A stretch of DNA of 54,625 nucleotides, from positions 1-54,625 of the forward strand of contig JAZNLM010000109.1 of the NCBI GenBank assembly GCA_045579105.1, written 5' to 3'. Under the pieces are notes generated by a model. It did not search any database. It saw only the letters and a program-made list of their open reading frames with translations, and had not been told where the DNA came from. Each line of letters begins with the position of its first letter. The first letter of the stretch is position 1. Positions 27,005 to 37,951 of this stretch are shown here, one piece after another. A program made the translations under genes and the position numbers. Origin of the DNA: Candidatus Flemingiibacterium sp. (lineage in GTDB: Bacteria > Bacillota > Clostridia > Oscillospirales > CAG-272).

Positions 27005-30000
27005 TTAGAAAAATGAGAGCTGATTTGTTTCGGTAAGATCGCCGAAAGCACCATTCTTACGCAGTAAATCCACCACAGCCTTGGAAAGCCCAGCTTTTGT
27101 CTGAAGTTCCTCTATGGAAAGGAGATTTTCGCGGTCGCGCACCTCAACTATCTTCTGTGCCGCCTTGTCGCCAAGACCTGCGAGCGCTGTGAACGGCATA
27201 CGAATCTTTCCGTCTTCAGGCTTGAACGCAAATGCGTCTGATTTAAAGAGGTCTACGGGAAGGAATTTGAGTCCGCGTGCGTACATTTCCGTTACCATCT
27301 GGAAAGTATCGACGGTTTCCTTTTCCTTCTGTGTGGCTTCCGTGCCCTTCTTGCGGATTTCTTCCATAACAGCCTTGATATTTGCTCTTCCGCTCATTGC
27401 GATCTCTGCATCAAAGCCACCCGGCGCAACCGACAGAAACGCCGCGTAAAATTCAAGCGGATAGTATATCTTGTACCAGCCAAGGCGTATTGCCGACATA
27501 ACGTACGCCGCCGCGTGCGCCTTCGGGAACATATACTTAATCTTCTTACACGAAGCTATGTACCAATCCGGTACTCCGTGGTCACGCATAGACTGCTCGT
27601 ATTCAGGCTTTAAACCTTTACCCTTTCGTACGTCTTCCATAATCTTGAACGCCTGCGCGTTTTCAAGGCCGTACTGTTGGATAAGAACGAGCATAATACC
27701 ATCACGCGTACCGATAACCTGCGAAATGTCGCAGATACCGTCTTTAATAAGATCTTGCGCGTTTCCGAGCCACACGTCCGTACCGTGCGTAAGACCGGAA
27801 ATCTGCATAAGGTCAGCAAAGTTCTTCGGCTTTGCATCAACCAGAACCGACTGAATGAAGCGTGTACCCATTTCTGGAAGTCCGAGTGTGCCGAGCGGAC
27901 AGCCAACGTCCTCGGGCGTTATACCGAGCGGATCCGTGCTTTCGAAAAGGCGGTACACCGCACGGTCATTCATCTTAACGTCCATAACCGAGGTGTTTGT
28001 GTACTTTTCGAGCCACTTGTACTTGGTGGGAATATCGTGTCCAAGCTCGTCGAGCTTAAGTATCGTATCGTGAAGATATGTAAATGCGAAATGCGTAGTT
28101 ACGATATCGGAGTTCGGGTCATCTGCCGGATGCTGTACTGGTGTAAAGTCGTAAACGTCATATTCACGCGGCACAACTATAATGCCGCCGGGGTGCTGTC
28201 CCGTCGTACGTTTGATACCAACGCAAGTATTTACAAGACGGTCAATTTCCGCCTTACCAAGCTTCTTCTGACGTTCTTCAAGATACTTTACTACATATCC
28301 GTATGCAGTCTTTGCTGCGAGTGTACCGAGTGTTCCTGCGCGGAACACATTTTCAGAGCCAAAAAGCTCTTCCGTGTATTTGTGGACTTTACCCTGTACT
28401 TCGCCCGAGAAGTTAAGGTCAATATCCGGCGATTTGTCGCCATAGAATCCGAGGAAGGTTTCAAACGGAATATCGTGACCATCGCCCGTAAGTTTTGTTC
28501 CGCATTTTGGACACACCTTATCGGGAAGGTCAAATCCGGAACCGACCGAGCCGTCGAGTATAAATTCTGAATACTGACATTCGGTGCAGTAATAATGCGC
28601 CGGCAGGGGGTTTACCTCGGATATACCCGACATAGACGCAACAAGCGACGAGCCAACAGAGCCGCGTGAACCAACGAGATATCCCTGATCTTCACTGTAT
28701 GCAACGAGCTTCTGTGCAATCATATAAAGCACCGCAAATCCGTTTTCTATAATGGATTTCAGCTCTTTTTCAAGTCTTGCCGACACAACCTCTGGAACGG
28801 GATCGCCGTAAAGTTTCTTTGCCTTTTCCCAACAGCGCTGCTGAAGCTCTTCCTCTGCGCCTTCGAGGTTAGGTGTGTAAGTACCTTCGGGTATTGGGCG
28901 TACGTCCTCGATCATATCCGCGATAAGGTTGGGATTTGTAATAACAACCTCACGCGCCGCTTCTTGTCCGAGATACTCAAACTCTTTAAGCATTTCGTCG
29001 GTTGTACGGAAATAAAGTCCGATATCGCGGTCAGCATCGGAGAACTTCTGACCTGAAAGTAGAATTTTCCGCGTAATTTCGTCGTCCTTCTCAGCAAAGT
29101 GCGCATCGCAAGTTGCGCAGACGGGCTTGCCAAGCTTTTTGCCAAGCTCATAAATACGCTTGTTTATAGTGATAAGCTCATCGTCGTCCTTGACAAGCTC
29201 TTTTTCAATCATAAAGCGGTTATTGCAAAGCGGCTGGATTTCCAGATAATCGTAAAAGCTTGCTATCTCTTCAATTTCCCTCTCGGATTTATTCTGCAGA
29301 ATAGCCTGATAAAGCTCGCCGGCCTCACACGCAGAACCGATTATAAGACCGTCACGGTTTGCCTCAATAAGCGTTTTCGGAGTACGCGGATTTTTGCGGT
29401 AATACTTGAGATAGCTCTCCGAGATTATGCGGTAAAGATTTTTAAGTCCGACTTTGTTTTTAACAAGAAGTATTTGATGATACGGACGAAGCTTCAAAGG
29501 GTCGGAACGTTCGCTCATAAGCTGCTGCATTTCGCGAAGGTTTGAAGCACCTTCCCCACGCAGCTTCTTAAACAGACAAACGAGTATCTTTGAGAGTACC
29601 TCTGCATCGTCGCACGCACGGTGATGGTTGAATTCCTCAAGGTTAAAATACTTTGCAAGCACGTCAAGCTTGTGCTTTGCAAGCTCGGGGTTTGCATAGC
29701 GCGACATCGCAACAGTATCCATATAGGGATTAGTGAACTCTATGCGATAAGTCTGCGCAACCTTGCGTATAAACGATATATCGAACGATGCGTTGTGTGC
29801 GACAAGTATGCGCTTGCCCGCAAATTCGAGAAATGCTCGTACAGCCGCCTCATTATCGGGCGCATCTGCAACCATTTCGTCGGTTATGCCCGTGAGGCTT
29901 ACGATATTTGCAGGTATTGGTTCACCGGGATTTGAAAATGTATTAAAGCGGTCAATAACCTCGCCGCCACGCATAAGTACGGCACCGATTTCAGTAATGT

Positions 30001-31399
30001 TGCAGTTCTGGACCGAAAGACCGGTGGTTTCTATATCAAAAACGCAGTACTCGCCATCAAAAGGCGTGGCCATATATTCTTCAAGCGAGTCACCAAAAAG
30101 CACTCTTGCGGTGTCGTCAACGTAATAGTTTTCGATGCCGTAAATCACCTTCATACCGAGCTTTGCCGCCGCACTCATCGCAAGCGGATATGCCTGCACG
30201 TTTCCATGGTCGGTTATAGCAACGGCTTTGTGCCCGAAGCTGTGTGCGAGCTTTACAAGGTCGGCAGGCGCGATTATAGCATCCATCTGCGACATCTGTG
30301 TATGACAGTGAAGCTCAACACGCTTTTCAGGCGCATCGTCAGTGCGATACTTCTGCGATATTTTCGCTACGGCCGACGGAAGAAGTATTGGCTCGTTGTC
30401 GAATGTATCTATCTTTGAGTAACCCTTTATCGCAACGGTCATACCGTCCTTGATGTTCTGAAGATACGGCTCAAGCTGCTCCTTCGTCTGCGCCATTTTT
30501 ATGTATATGGACGAGTCTTTGTCGGTTACAGCAAAGGTTAAAATAAGTTTGTCACCACGGCGTGTTTCCTTCGTTTCAACACCAAAAACCTCACCGAAAA
30601 CAAGCAGGTTCTTCTGCGGTCCGGTGATATTTCTTATAGGTGTAGGATTGGTAAGCTCAAACTCACCGCCGATTATAAATTCAGGCGCGGATATATCAAA
30701 ACGCTTCCCCCCGACAAACCACACGTTGCCGTGAAGTTCGCATTTTGTGTCCGAAGCGTTGAGCGTGGCAATACGCTCGAAATCCTTGAACTTATCCTCT
30801 TCGGGCGCCACTTCCTCAAGCGGACGTGCCGCCACAGAGCGTTCCATTTCGCGCTGCTGTGCACGCGCAATCTTCTCCATTTCTGCAATCTGCTCGGCAA
30901 TTGCAGACATAGTTTCGCTATACTCGCCTTCTTGCGTAAGCTCAACATCAAAACGAAGTCCAAACTCCGCAAAGATGATATTCGAAATAATTTCGTTGGT
31001 CTTTGCCGAGTAAAGAAGCTCGATCCCGCCGTTGTTCCACGATATTTTTATGGAAATTTTATTGTCATTTATCGAAAAATCGTACTCATTGAAAAATCCG
31101 CGTGAAATCGCTCCGACACGATTTAGTTCTAGCATTACTTCAGGTATGTACGACGGCGACCAGAGCGAGCTATCGTATCGCGGCAAAATGCGGACAACAG
31201 CAAGGTCATACGCCGCTCTGATATTTTCCTCGATATCGTAAAGCGCTTGCTTTTTTATTATTTTGTCAAAGCGCGCCGTCACCTCGACCACACGTCTTTC
31301 TTTATCAACACGCGAAACAACGTCCTCGGCTGTGTCGAGAATCGCCCTCTCTGAGCTTGTCTGCTCATAGCGCGCAAATATCTTTTGAAACTTGTTCAT
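27005..31399 (-). CDS. polC: DNA polymerase III alpha subunit, PolC type
   Basis: This 1464 aa protein has a PHP domain split by a DEDDh 3'-5' exonuclease (FDIETTGL..NASFD..HRACDDA), a Zn-finger CTECQYSE..CPKCG, and a polymerase core. Confidence 0.95.
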   Translation of the reverse strand: MNKFQKIFARYEQTSSERAILDTAEDVVSRVDKERRVVEVTARFDKIIKKQALYDIEENIRAAYDLAVVRILPRYDSSLWSPSYIPEVMLELNRVGAISRGFFNEYDFSINDNKISIKISWNNGGIELLYSAKTNEIISNIIFAEFGLRFDVELTQEGEYSETMSAIAEQIAEMEKIARAQQREMERSVAARPLEEVAPEEDKFKDFERIATLNASDTKCELHGNVWFVGGKRFDISAPEFIIGGEFELTNPTPIRNITGPQKNLLVFGEVFGVETKETRRGDKLILTFAVTDKDSSIYIKMAQTKEQLEPYLQNIKDGMTVAIKGYSKIDTFDNEPILLPSAVAKISQKYRTDDAPEKRVELHCHTQMSQMDAIIAPADLVKLAHSFGHKAVAITDHGNVQAYPLAMSAAAKLGMKVIYGIENYYVDDTARVLFGDSLEEYMATPFDGEYCVFDIETTGLSVQNCNITEIGAVLMRGGEVIDRFNTFSNPGEPIPANIVSLTGITDEMVADAPDNEAAVRAFLEFAGKRILVAHNASFDISFIRKVAQTYRIEFTNPYMDTVAMSRYANPELAKHKLDVLAKYFNLEEFNHHRACDDAEVLSKILVCLFKKLRGEGASNLREMQQLMSERSDPLKLRPYHQILLVKNKVGLKNLYRIISESYLKYYRKNPRTPKTLIEANRDGLIIGSACEAGELYQAILQNKSEREIEEIASFYDYLEIQPLCNNRFMIEKELVKDDDELITINKRIYELGKKLGKPVCATCDAHFAEKDDEITRKILLSGQKFSDADRDIGLYFRTTDEMLKEFEYLGQEAAREVVITNPNLIADMIEDVRPIPEGTYTPNLEGAEEELQQRCWEKAKKLYGDPVPEVVSARLEKELKSIIENGFAVLYMIAQKLVAYSEDQGYLVGSRGSVGSSLVASMSGISEVNPLPAHYYCTECQYSEFILDGSVGSGFDLPDKVCPKCGTKLTGDGHDIPFETFLGFYGDKSPDIDLNFSGEVQGKVHKYTEELFGSENVFRAGTLGTLAAKTAYGYVVKYLEERQKKLGKAEIDRLVNTCVGIKRTTGQHPGGIIVVPREYDVYDFTPVQHPADDPNSDIVTTHFAFTYLHDTILKLDELGHDIPTKYKWLEKYTNTSVMDVKMNDRAVYRLFESTDPLGITPEDVGCPLGTLGLPEMGTRFIQSVLVDAKPKNFADLMQISGLTHGTDVWLGNAQDLIKDGICDISQVIGTRDGIMLVLIQQYGLENAQAFKIMEDVRKGKGLKPEYEQSMRDHGVPDWYIASCKKIKYMFPKAHAAAYVMSAIRLGWYKIYYPLEFYAAFLSVAPGGFDAEIAMSGRANIKAVMEEIRKKGTEATQKEKETVDTFQMVTEMYARGLKFLPVDLFKSDAFAFKPEDGKIRMPFTALAGLGDKAAQKIVEVRDRENLLSIEELQTKAGLSKAVVDLLRKNGAFGDLTETNQLSFF

Positions 31400-31420
31400 T
31401 AACGTCCGCCTTTTTACTTT

Positions 31421-32479
31421 TTACATCTTGTTTATCTCATGGCGAAGCACGTCCAAAATAACGTCCTCACTGTATTTTCCAACGATAACGCCCTTTTTAA
31501 AAAGCAGCGCCTCACCCTCGCCGCCGGCGATACCGATATCTGCCTCACGCGCCTCACCGGGACCGTTAACAGCGCAGCCCATAAGAGCAACTTTAATGCG
31601 GTGAGAAGGGTTAAGTGTCGGAAGTATCTCTCTCTCAAAACGCTCGGAAAGATCAATAAGATCAATCTTCGTGCGCCCACACGTCGGGCAGGATACGACG
31701 TCAATAAGCGCCGTGCTGCCAAGACCGAGCGCAGACAAGAGCGCCTTTCCCTCTTTAACCTCTAGCAGAGGACTTGCTGTAAGCGAAACGCGAATCGTAT
31801 CGCCGATACCGTCGCAAAGAAGTGAGCCGATACCAACCGCCGATTTGAGCGTTCCGATATGCGCACTTCCTGCCTCGGTTACACCGATATGTAACGGATA
31901 ATCACAAGCTTCACGCAGTATTCGGTTCGCCTTTATCATAGTGCGAACGTCGGAAGATTTAATTGAAACGATTATATTGTCAAAGTTAAGCTCTTCAAGT
32001 ATATGAACGTGCTCCATCGCGCTTTCGGCAAGAGCTTCTGCGCACGGAGAACCGTATTTTTCAAGTATCTCACGGCGAAGCGAACCGCCGTTTACGCCAA
32101 TTCGTATCGGTATACCATGGGAGAGGCAAGCCGCAACCACCTCTGCGATCTTTGATTTTGAACCAATGTTGCCGGGATTTATGCGTATCTTGTCAACGCC
32201 TGCTGTGGCACACGCAAGAGCAATTTTATAGTCAAAGTGTATATCTGCAACAATCGGCACACGCACATCAGAAAGTTTGAGCTTTCGTACACTTTCCACC
32301 GCATCAATATCGGGTACAGCAAGACGTACTATGTCACATCCTTCGTTTTCAAGAGCCTTCGTCTGCTCGTATACAGCATCAAAATTATGCGTGTCGACGT
32401 TCAGCATCGACTGTACCGTAATTGGAGCACCGCCGCCGACTGTAAGGGAGCCAACGGTTACCTTTTTAGAAGTTTTCAT
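31421..32479 (-). CDS. ispG: 4-hydroxy-3-methylbut-2-en-1-yl diphosphate synthase (flavodoxin)
   Basis: Motifs: VGGGAPITVQSM.N..VRLAVPD..PIVADIHFDY..KIRINPGN..VSCPTCGRT..GC.VNGPGE. I prefer the ATG at 32479 (GAGG 8 nt upstream). The track ORF begins at 32497. Confidence 0.92.
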   Translation of the reverse strand: MKTSKKVTVGSLTVGGGAPITVQSMLNVDTHNFDAVYEQTKALENEGCDIVRLAVPDIDAVESVRKLKLSDVRVPIVADIHFDYKIALACATAGVDKIRINPGNIGSKSKIAEVVAACLSHGIPIRIGVNGGSLRREILEKYGSPCAEALAESAMEHVHILEELNFDNIIVSIKSSDVRTMIKANRILREACDYPLHIGVTEAGSAHIGTLKSAVGIGSLLCDGIGDTIRVSLTASPLLEVKEGKALLSALGLGSTALIDVVSCPTCGRTKIDLIDLSERFEREILPTLNPSHRIKVALMGCAVNGPGEAREADIGIAGGEGEALLFKKGVIVGKYSEDVILDVLRHEINKM

Positions 32480-32489
32480 TATCAAAACC

Positions 32490-33521
32490 TCACACAAACA
32501 GTTTTATAATATCCTTGAATGTTACTGCCACCATAAGAAGAAGCAGAAGAATGATTCCCACAAAGTGGACGTAACCTTCCACTTCGGGTTTTACGGGTTT
32601 TCTGAAGATAATCTCTATCGTCTGGAAAAGAAGCCGTCCGCCGTCTAGCGCGGGAAGCGGAAGAAGATTGAATACACCAAGATTCATCGCGATCACTACA
32701 ACGAGATACAAAAAGTCACCAAGTCCGCTCTTTGCCGCATCGGAAACCGCCCCCGCAACGCCCACCGGACCAGAAACAGCCTCAAAGCCATATCTTCCTG
32801 TAATAAGGTCAAAGAGCGACTCCCATATCATTTTAACCGTTGACACAGAGCGAAGGAATGTATGCTTTATCACGTTTCCAACCGTCTTATTTTCTCCAAG
32901 GACGAAAAAGTCGGGCATACCAAAAAGCACGCCTTGACTGGTTGCTGTCGGGAAAACAACGTCTTTGAGGGTAATAAGCTCGCCGTCACGCTTTACCACA
33001 AGGTCAACGGGTTCTGTTGCGCTGTGCATTATCTCATAGGAAAGCTCCGAGGCGATACGCACTCTGTCACCGTCGACAGAAATTACTTCGTCGCCCACTC
33101 TAAGTCCGTATTGCATACTAACAGCATCAACATCAAATTTTGCAATTGTAGTACCGCCAAGTCTTGGCGACATACCGACCACAACTGCCATAAGGACAAC
33201 GCCCGTTATGATATTCATAAGCGAGCCTGCGACGGTTATTATCATTCTCTGCCAAACAGGCTTTTTGTTAAGAGCATTTTCCTCATCACTGTTCTCGTCC
33301 TCGCCGACCATTGAAACAAAACCACCAATTGGGAAAAGGCGAAGCGAATATACGATATCCGTCTTTTTTGAGCGGCGCGACAGTATTTTAGGACCCATAC
33401 CAATGGCAAACTCTTTAATGCCGACGCTAAATGTACGTGCCGTCAGATAATGACCGAGTTCGTGAACAAGCGCAAGTGCGGATATTGTAACAAGCGTGAG
33501 AAGAATGTAAAGAAAATTCAT
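32490..33521 (-). CDS. rseP: RIP metalloprotease, site-2 protease M50 family (RseP/RasP)
   Basis: It has the HELGHY zinc motif in TM1, an internal PDZ-like segment and C-terminal LLPLPALDGG. The position between dxr and ispG is conserved. Confidence 0.88.
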   Translation of the reverse strand: MNFLYILLTLVTISALALVHELGHYLTARTFSVGIKEFAIGMGPKILSRRSKKTDIVYSLRLFPIGGFVSMVGEDENSDEENALNKKPVWQRMIITVAGSLMNIITGVVLMAVVVGMSPRLGGTTIAKFDVDAVSMQYGLRVGDEVISVDGDRVRIASELSYEIMHSATEPVDLVVKRDGELITLKDVVFPTATSQGVLFGMPDFFVLGENKTVGNVIKHTFLRSVSTVKMIWESLFDLITGRYGFEAVSGPVGVAGAVSDAAKSGLGDFLYLVVVIAMNLGVFNLLPLPALDGGRLLFQTIEIIFRKPVKPEVEGYVHFVGIILLLLLMVAVTFKDIIKLFV

Positions 33522-33566
33522 TATTAAAACCTCATTTTACATATTTTGAGGGATAAAGCTTTAATG

Positions 33567-34718
33567 TCAGAGTGAAGCGATGATATCCTCTGCGGTACGT
33601 CTTGCCAGCTTTGACGCCGCGTATGCGTCATCGACACAGTTAAGCGGCAGTTTGCCGCATTTATCGAGCGTTTTTTTAACAATGTTGTATATCTCAGTAA
33701 AAATAATCTTACCTTTTATAAAGGCTTCTACTGCAGCCTCATCGGCCGCAACAAGTGCCGCAGGTACAGCACCGCCCATCTTTATAGAGTCATATGCAAG
33801 GGTGAGAAGCGGAAATGCTTCCATATCAGGCTTGTAAAACGTAAGCTTGCCGATGCTTGCAAGGTCAAGCTTACCCATTATGCCTTCCACACGCTCGGGA
33901 TATGTCATCGCGTACTGTGCGCAAAGGCGCATATCAGGTAGTGAAAGCTGCGCTAAAACAGCGTTATCATTATATTCCACCATCGAATGTATTATACTCT
34001 CGCGGTGAATAACCACGTCAACACGTTTCGCGGGAACACCGAAAAGGTGAACTGCCTCGATAACCTCAAATCCTTTATTCATAAGCGTAGCAGAGTCGAT
34101 GGTTATTTTCTGTCCCATCTTCCACGTTGGATGTGCCAAGGCACGCTCGGGTGTGATATTTGCCATTTCGCCGGAGCTCATACCAAAAAACGGTCCGCCG
34201 GAAGCGGTCAAAAGTATACGACTTATTTCATTACTACAGTGTCCCTCAAGACACTGAAATATAGCGGAATGCTCGCTGTCAACGGGAATTATTTTGGCAC
34301 CTGTACGGCGAGCCTCGCTCATCACGATATCTCCCGCCATAACGATACTCTCTTTATTAGCAAGCCCGATAGTCTTGCCTGCGCGAACTGCACACATAGT
34401 GGGTTCAAGTCCCGCACTGCCGCCGACCGAGTTGAATACCACGTCAGCATTGTCATTTACCGCCGCGGCAAGCACAGCCTCATGTGAGCCTTCTACAATT
34501 ATATCAGTATCGGAAAGACGAATACGAAGCTCATTTGCCGCCGCTTCGTCTTCCATAACGCAAAGACGCGGTTTGAGTAGCCGCGCCTGCTTTTCCATAG
34601 TTTTATAGTCACGTCCTGCCGCGAGCGTATCGACGCGCACGCCAAGGTCTGCCGCGACCTCGACCGTCTGCGTACCGACAGAGCCGGTAGAGCCTAAAAT
34701 TGTGATAGTTTTATTCAT
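33567..34718 (-). CDS. dxr: 1-deoxy-D-xylulose 5-phosphate reductoisomerase
   Basis: Motifs: MNKTITILGSTGSVGTQT..LANKE..PVDSEHSAIFQC..LTASGGPF..HP.W.MG.KITIDSATLMNKG.E. I prefer the ATG at 34718. The track ORF uses a TTG at 34739. Confidence 0.92.
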   Translation of the reverse strand: MNKTITILGSTGSVGTQTVEVAADLGVRVDTLAAGRDYKTMEKQARLLKPRLCVMEDEAAANELRIRLSDTDIIVEGSHEAVLAAAVNDNADVVFNSVGGSAGLEPTMCAVRAGKTIGLANKESIVMAGDIVMSEARRTGAKIIPVDSEHSAIFQCLEGHCSNEISRILLTASGGPFFGMSSGEMANITPERALAHPTWKMGQKITIDSATLMNKGFEVIEAVHLFGVPAKRVDVVIHRESIIHSMVEYNDNAVLAQLSLPDMRLCAQYAMTYPERVEGIMGKLDLASIGKLTFYKPDMEAFPLLTLAYDSIKMGGAVPAALVAADEAAVEAFIKGKIIFTEIYNIVKKTLDKCGKLPLNCVDDAYAASKLARRTAEDIIASL

Positions 34719-34722
34719 ATCA

Positions 34723-35583
34723 TTAGATAAGTATGGCAAAAATGTCGGGATGCGAACAAATCATCATAAGGAACGGCGCAATTGCAAGGATCGAGTCAAA
34801 ACGATCCATAACTCCACCGTGGCCGGGGAAAATCTTGCCGTAGTCCTTAATGCCGTACTGGCGCTTTATAAGCGAAGCTATAAGGTCACCGAATATCGAT
34901 ACAACTGCAATAACAATGCCAGTTACAGTGAGAGAAATATAACTAGGCTGAACATTAAGTGTAAGCTTTGCGATAAGTCCGCAAAGCGCAAATGCAATAC
35001 CGCCAAAAATTATACCGCCAATAGCGCCTTCCACGGTCTTTTTAGGACTGACATCGGGAATAAGCTTGTGCTTACCGAACGCTCTGCCAACAAAATATGC
35101 TGCGCTGTCAGGTATCCACGCACCAACAAGAACGAGTGCAAAAAGCCACACGCCAATATCGTTCTCGCCGGAACGCATATCTCGAAGGAGAATCATAGAC
35201 GCAAATCCAACGGTTATGTAAAGCGTCATAACCGCGGCAAGGACAGTTTCGCCGATAGACTTGGTTCCCTTTGAAACAACGGCAATACACATCAGATAGA
35301 AAAGATAAATAAACGAAATAGCTGCGAAAAATCCGAGAACGTATGACTTTCTGTCTGCAATGATTATTCCATAGCGTGCGAAAAACGTCATTGCCGCTGC
35401 AAAAATCACAGACGGAACCGTAATGCCCGGAAATTTGCGCATACCGATACATCCAAGCATCTCAAAAACGCCGATAGCCGCAAAAACGGACACAGCAATG
35501 GGAAGTATGAACGTGTGTGAAAAGATAAGAACCACTATAGCAATAGGAAGCCATATTGCCGTCGTAATCAGTCTTAATTTCAT
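34723..35583 (-). CDS. cdsA: phosphatidate cytidylyltransferase
   Basis: This 286 aa polytopic protein has the C-terminal signature SLIKRQYGIKDYGKIFPGHGGVMDRFDS. Confidence 0.9.
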   Translation of the reverse strand: MKLRLITTAIWLPIAIVVLIFSHTFILPIAVSVFAAIGVFEMLGCIGMRKFPGITVPSVIFAAAMTFFARYGIIIADRKSYVLGFFAAISFIYLFYLMCIAVVSKGTKSIGETVLAAVMTLYITVGFASMILLRDMRSGENDIGVWLFALVLVGAWIPDSAAYFVGRAFGKHKLIPDVSPKKTVEGAIGGIIFGGIAFALCGLIAKLTLNVQPSYISLTVTGIVIAVVSIFGDLIASLIKRQYGIKDYGKIFPGHGGVMDRFDSILAIAPFLMMICSHPDIFAILI

Positions 35584-35602
35584 AATCTACCTCTTGAAAA
35601 TT

Positions 35603-36322
35603 TTATACTACTCCGCCGAAGCGTCTTGTTCGCCCATAGTAGGCATCTACCGCCGCATCAACATCTTTTTCTTCAAAATCAGGCCAAAGAGTCTCCGTAA
35701 AATAAAATTCCGAATAAGCCGACTGCCACATAAGAAAATTCGACAGTCGAAGCTCGCCTGCCGAGCGCACGATAAGATCTGGATCATTCTGAGCTCTGGT
35801 ATACAGCTCGCTTTCGATAAGCTCCTCGGTAAATTCGGTAATTCCCTTTGCCGCGAGCGCGTTTACAGCGTTCACTATTTCCGCTCTGCCGCCGTAGTTT
35901 ATGGCGATATTAAGGCAGTATTTATTTTGTGACGACTCTCTTTCAATACGCTCCATAAGCTCTCGAAGCTCACTTGAAAGCGGCGACTTATCTCCAAGGA
36001 AAGTCACGCGGATATCATTCCTCATCATTTCCTTGATTCCCTGCTTCAAATACGTCATAAGAAGCGACATAATCGCCTTAACTTCTTTTTCGGGACGTTT
36101 CCAATTCTCCGTGGAAAACGCATATACAGTCACGGTTTCAATACCGCCTCTGAAGCAGTATTCGGCAATACGTCGAAAGGCCTTTGCACCTTCTACGTGA
36201 CCTGCCTCGCGCATAAGTCCGCGTTTTTTTGCCCATCTTCCGTTACCGTCCATTATAAAGGCTATATGGGAGAGCCTTTTCTTGGCGGTACCGTCTTCAT
36301 GTGTAAACATACGCATCTCCAA
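35603..36322 (-). CDS. uppS: isoprenyl transferase (undecaprenyl diphosphate synthase)
   Basis: Motifs: HIAFIMDGNGRWAKKRG..GH..G..VTVYAFSTENWKRP..IRSAGE.RLSNFL.WQ.AYSEFYF. The start is uncertain (TTG at 36322, or ATGs 6 or 12 nt downstream). Confidence 0.9.
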   Translation of the reverse strand: MEMRMFTHEDGTAKKRLSHIAFIMDGNGRWAKKRGLMREAGHVEGAKAFRRIAEYCFRGGIETVTVYAFSTENWKRPEKEVKAIMSLLMTYLKQGIKEMMRNDIRVTFLGDKSPLSSELRELMERIERESSQNKYCLNIAINYGGRAEIVNAVNALAAKGITEFTEELIESELYTRAQNDPDLIVRSAGELRLSNFLMWQSAYSEFYFTETLWPDFEEKDVDAAVDAYYGRTRRFGGVV

Positions 36323-36376
36323 TACTTACAAAAATGAATGGGATGCCGCATTGCACGGCATCCCACGTCAGATAAC

Positions 36377-36931
36377 TCAGATCTCCATGAGCTCCTTATT
36401 CTTGCGTGCAGTAACAGCGTCAACGTTAGCAATGTACTTATCGGTGAGGTCCTGAACTGCTTTATCGGACGCCTTGAGTTCGTCTTCGGTCATTTCGCCG
36501 TCCTTCTTCATCTTCTTTGCGGCGTCGTTAGCATCGCGTCTGATGTTTCTGATAGCAACCTTTGCATCGTCACCCATCTTTGCAACCTTCTTGGTGAGTT
36601 CCTTACGTCTTTCCTCAGTAAGCTGCGGGAAAGAGATGCGAAGTGTCTTACCGTCGTTTACTGGAGTGATACCGAGATCGGATGCGAGAATAGCCTTCTC
36701 CATATTTTTAAGAGTAGTTGCGTCCCAAGGAGTGATAACGATAGTGCGCGCATCGGTAACCTTTACTTCTGCCATCTGGTTTAATTTGGTAGGAGCACCG
36801 TAATAGTCAACCTCAATTTTGTCGAGAAGTGCTGGATTTGCGCGACCTGCTCTAATATCTGCGAGCTGCGACTCATAGGAAGCAATAGATTTTTGCATTT
36901 TTTCTTCAAAAGCTTTGCAATCAAGTTTCAT
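36377..36931 (-). CDS. frr: ribosome recycling factor
   Basis: This 184 aa protein has the motifs IRAGRANPALLD.I.VDYYG..L.Q.A......R...I.PWD..LTEERRKEL.K. Confidence 0.93.
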   Translation of the reverse strand: MKLDCKAFEEKMQKSIASYESQLADIRAGRANPALLDKIEVDYYGAPTKLNQMAEVKVTDARTIVITPWDATTLKNMEKAILASDLGITPVNDGKTLRISFPQLTEERRKELTKKVAKMGDDAKVAIRNIRRDANDAAKKMKKDGEMTEDELKASDKAVQDLTDKYIANVDAVTARKNKELMEI

Positions 36932-36996
36932 AATTGTATTCCTTTCTTGGTTGTGTGATCAATTTTATAATGTGGAAACGGCAAACGATGATCTGT

Positions 36997-37752
36997 TTAT
37001 CCGTCGATTACGATAGTACCCTCAACGTCACCGATGATAGCGTTATAAATATTCTCTGGTTCTTTAAGCTCGAATACGAAAGTCTTTATGTGGTTCTCGT
37101 TACCGAACGAAGCTGCGGTGGAGTCCATAGCCTTAAGGTCCTTTGCAAGGATTTCCTTGTAGGAAATTTCCTTGTATCTTCTTGCGTCGGGATCCTTCTT
37201 CGGATCGGCAGTATAAACACCGTCGATATTCTTGCCCATAAGTATAACATCTGCGCCAATCTCTGCGGCTCTTACTGCTGCAGCTGTGTCTGTAGAGATG
37301 AAAGGAATACCAAGACCGCCGCCGAGTATAACCACTCTGCCCTTTTCAAGGTGCGATACTGCACGGTTTCTGATGTACGGCTCTGCGTACTGCTTCATTT
37401 CAACAGCGGTGAGAACACGTGTGTCAATGCCGTTTTGCTCAAAGAAGTCCTGAAGGGCGAGCGCGTTGATAGTAGTTGCGAGCATACCCATGTGGTCTGC
37501 ACGCGTTCTGTCCATATTCGTGCCCTGACGTCCGCGCCATATGTTTCCCGCGCCAACGATAATGCAAATCTGTGTGCCTATCCCTACGCACTTTTTTACG
37601 ACCTTTGCAACTCTATCGAGCATCTCGTAGTCAAGAATCGGGTGCTCGCCGTTTGCGGCAAGCTCACGACGTTTCTCCTCGGACGGAGCAAGTGCCTCGC
37701 CTGAAAGCTTTAAAAGAACACGCTTAAATTTAGGTGTTGCTGTATGGCTCAT
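36997..37752 (-). CDS. pyrH: UMP kinase
   Basis: Motifs: KRVLLKLSGEAL..IVGAGNIWRG..DHMGMLATTINALAL..GGG.G.PF.STDTAAA.RA.E..AD..L..K..DGVY.ADP. Confidence 0.93.
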   Translation of the reverse strand: MSHTATPKFKRVLLKLSGEALAPSEEKRRELAANGEHPILDYEMLDRVAKVVKKCVGIGTQICIIVGAGNIWRGRQGTNMDRTRADHMGMLATTINALALQDFFEQNGIDTRVLTAVEMKQYAEPYIRNRAVSHLEKGRVVILGGGLGIPFISTDTAAAVRAAEIGADVILMGKNIDGVYTADPKKDPDARRYKEISYKEILAKDLKAMDSTAASFGNENHIKTFVFELKEPENIYNAIIGDVEGTIVIDG

Positions 37753-37899
37753 TTTTTACACCTTCCTTTTATTTTTTATTAAGATTTAACCTATAAATAT
37801 TCCTTCTTATATTGTAACCGATTTTACGTCGTTTGTAAAGAGCAAAAGAGAAATTTTTAGTAAAAAAATCAAATAAATTTACATCTTTTGAAGACACAC

Positions 37900-37938
37900 A
37901 AAAAAAGTACCGCGAACTCAAGTTTGAGTTCGCGGTAA
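37900..37938 (-). terminator. intrinsic terminator after tsf
   Basis: The minus-strand hairpin TACCGCGAACTCAA-ac-TTGAGTTCGCGGTA is followed by a U7 run. Confidence 0.8.
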
Positions 37939-37951
37939 ATCGTCAAATAAA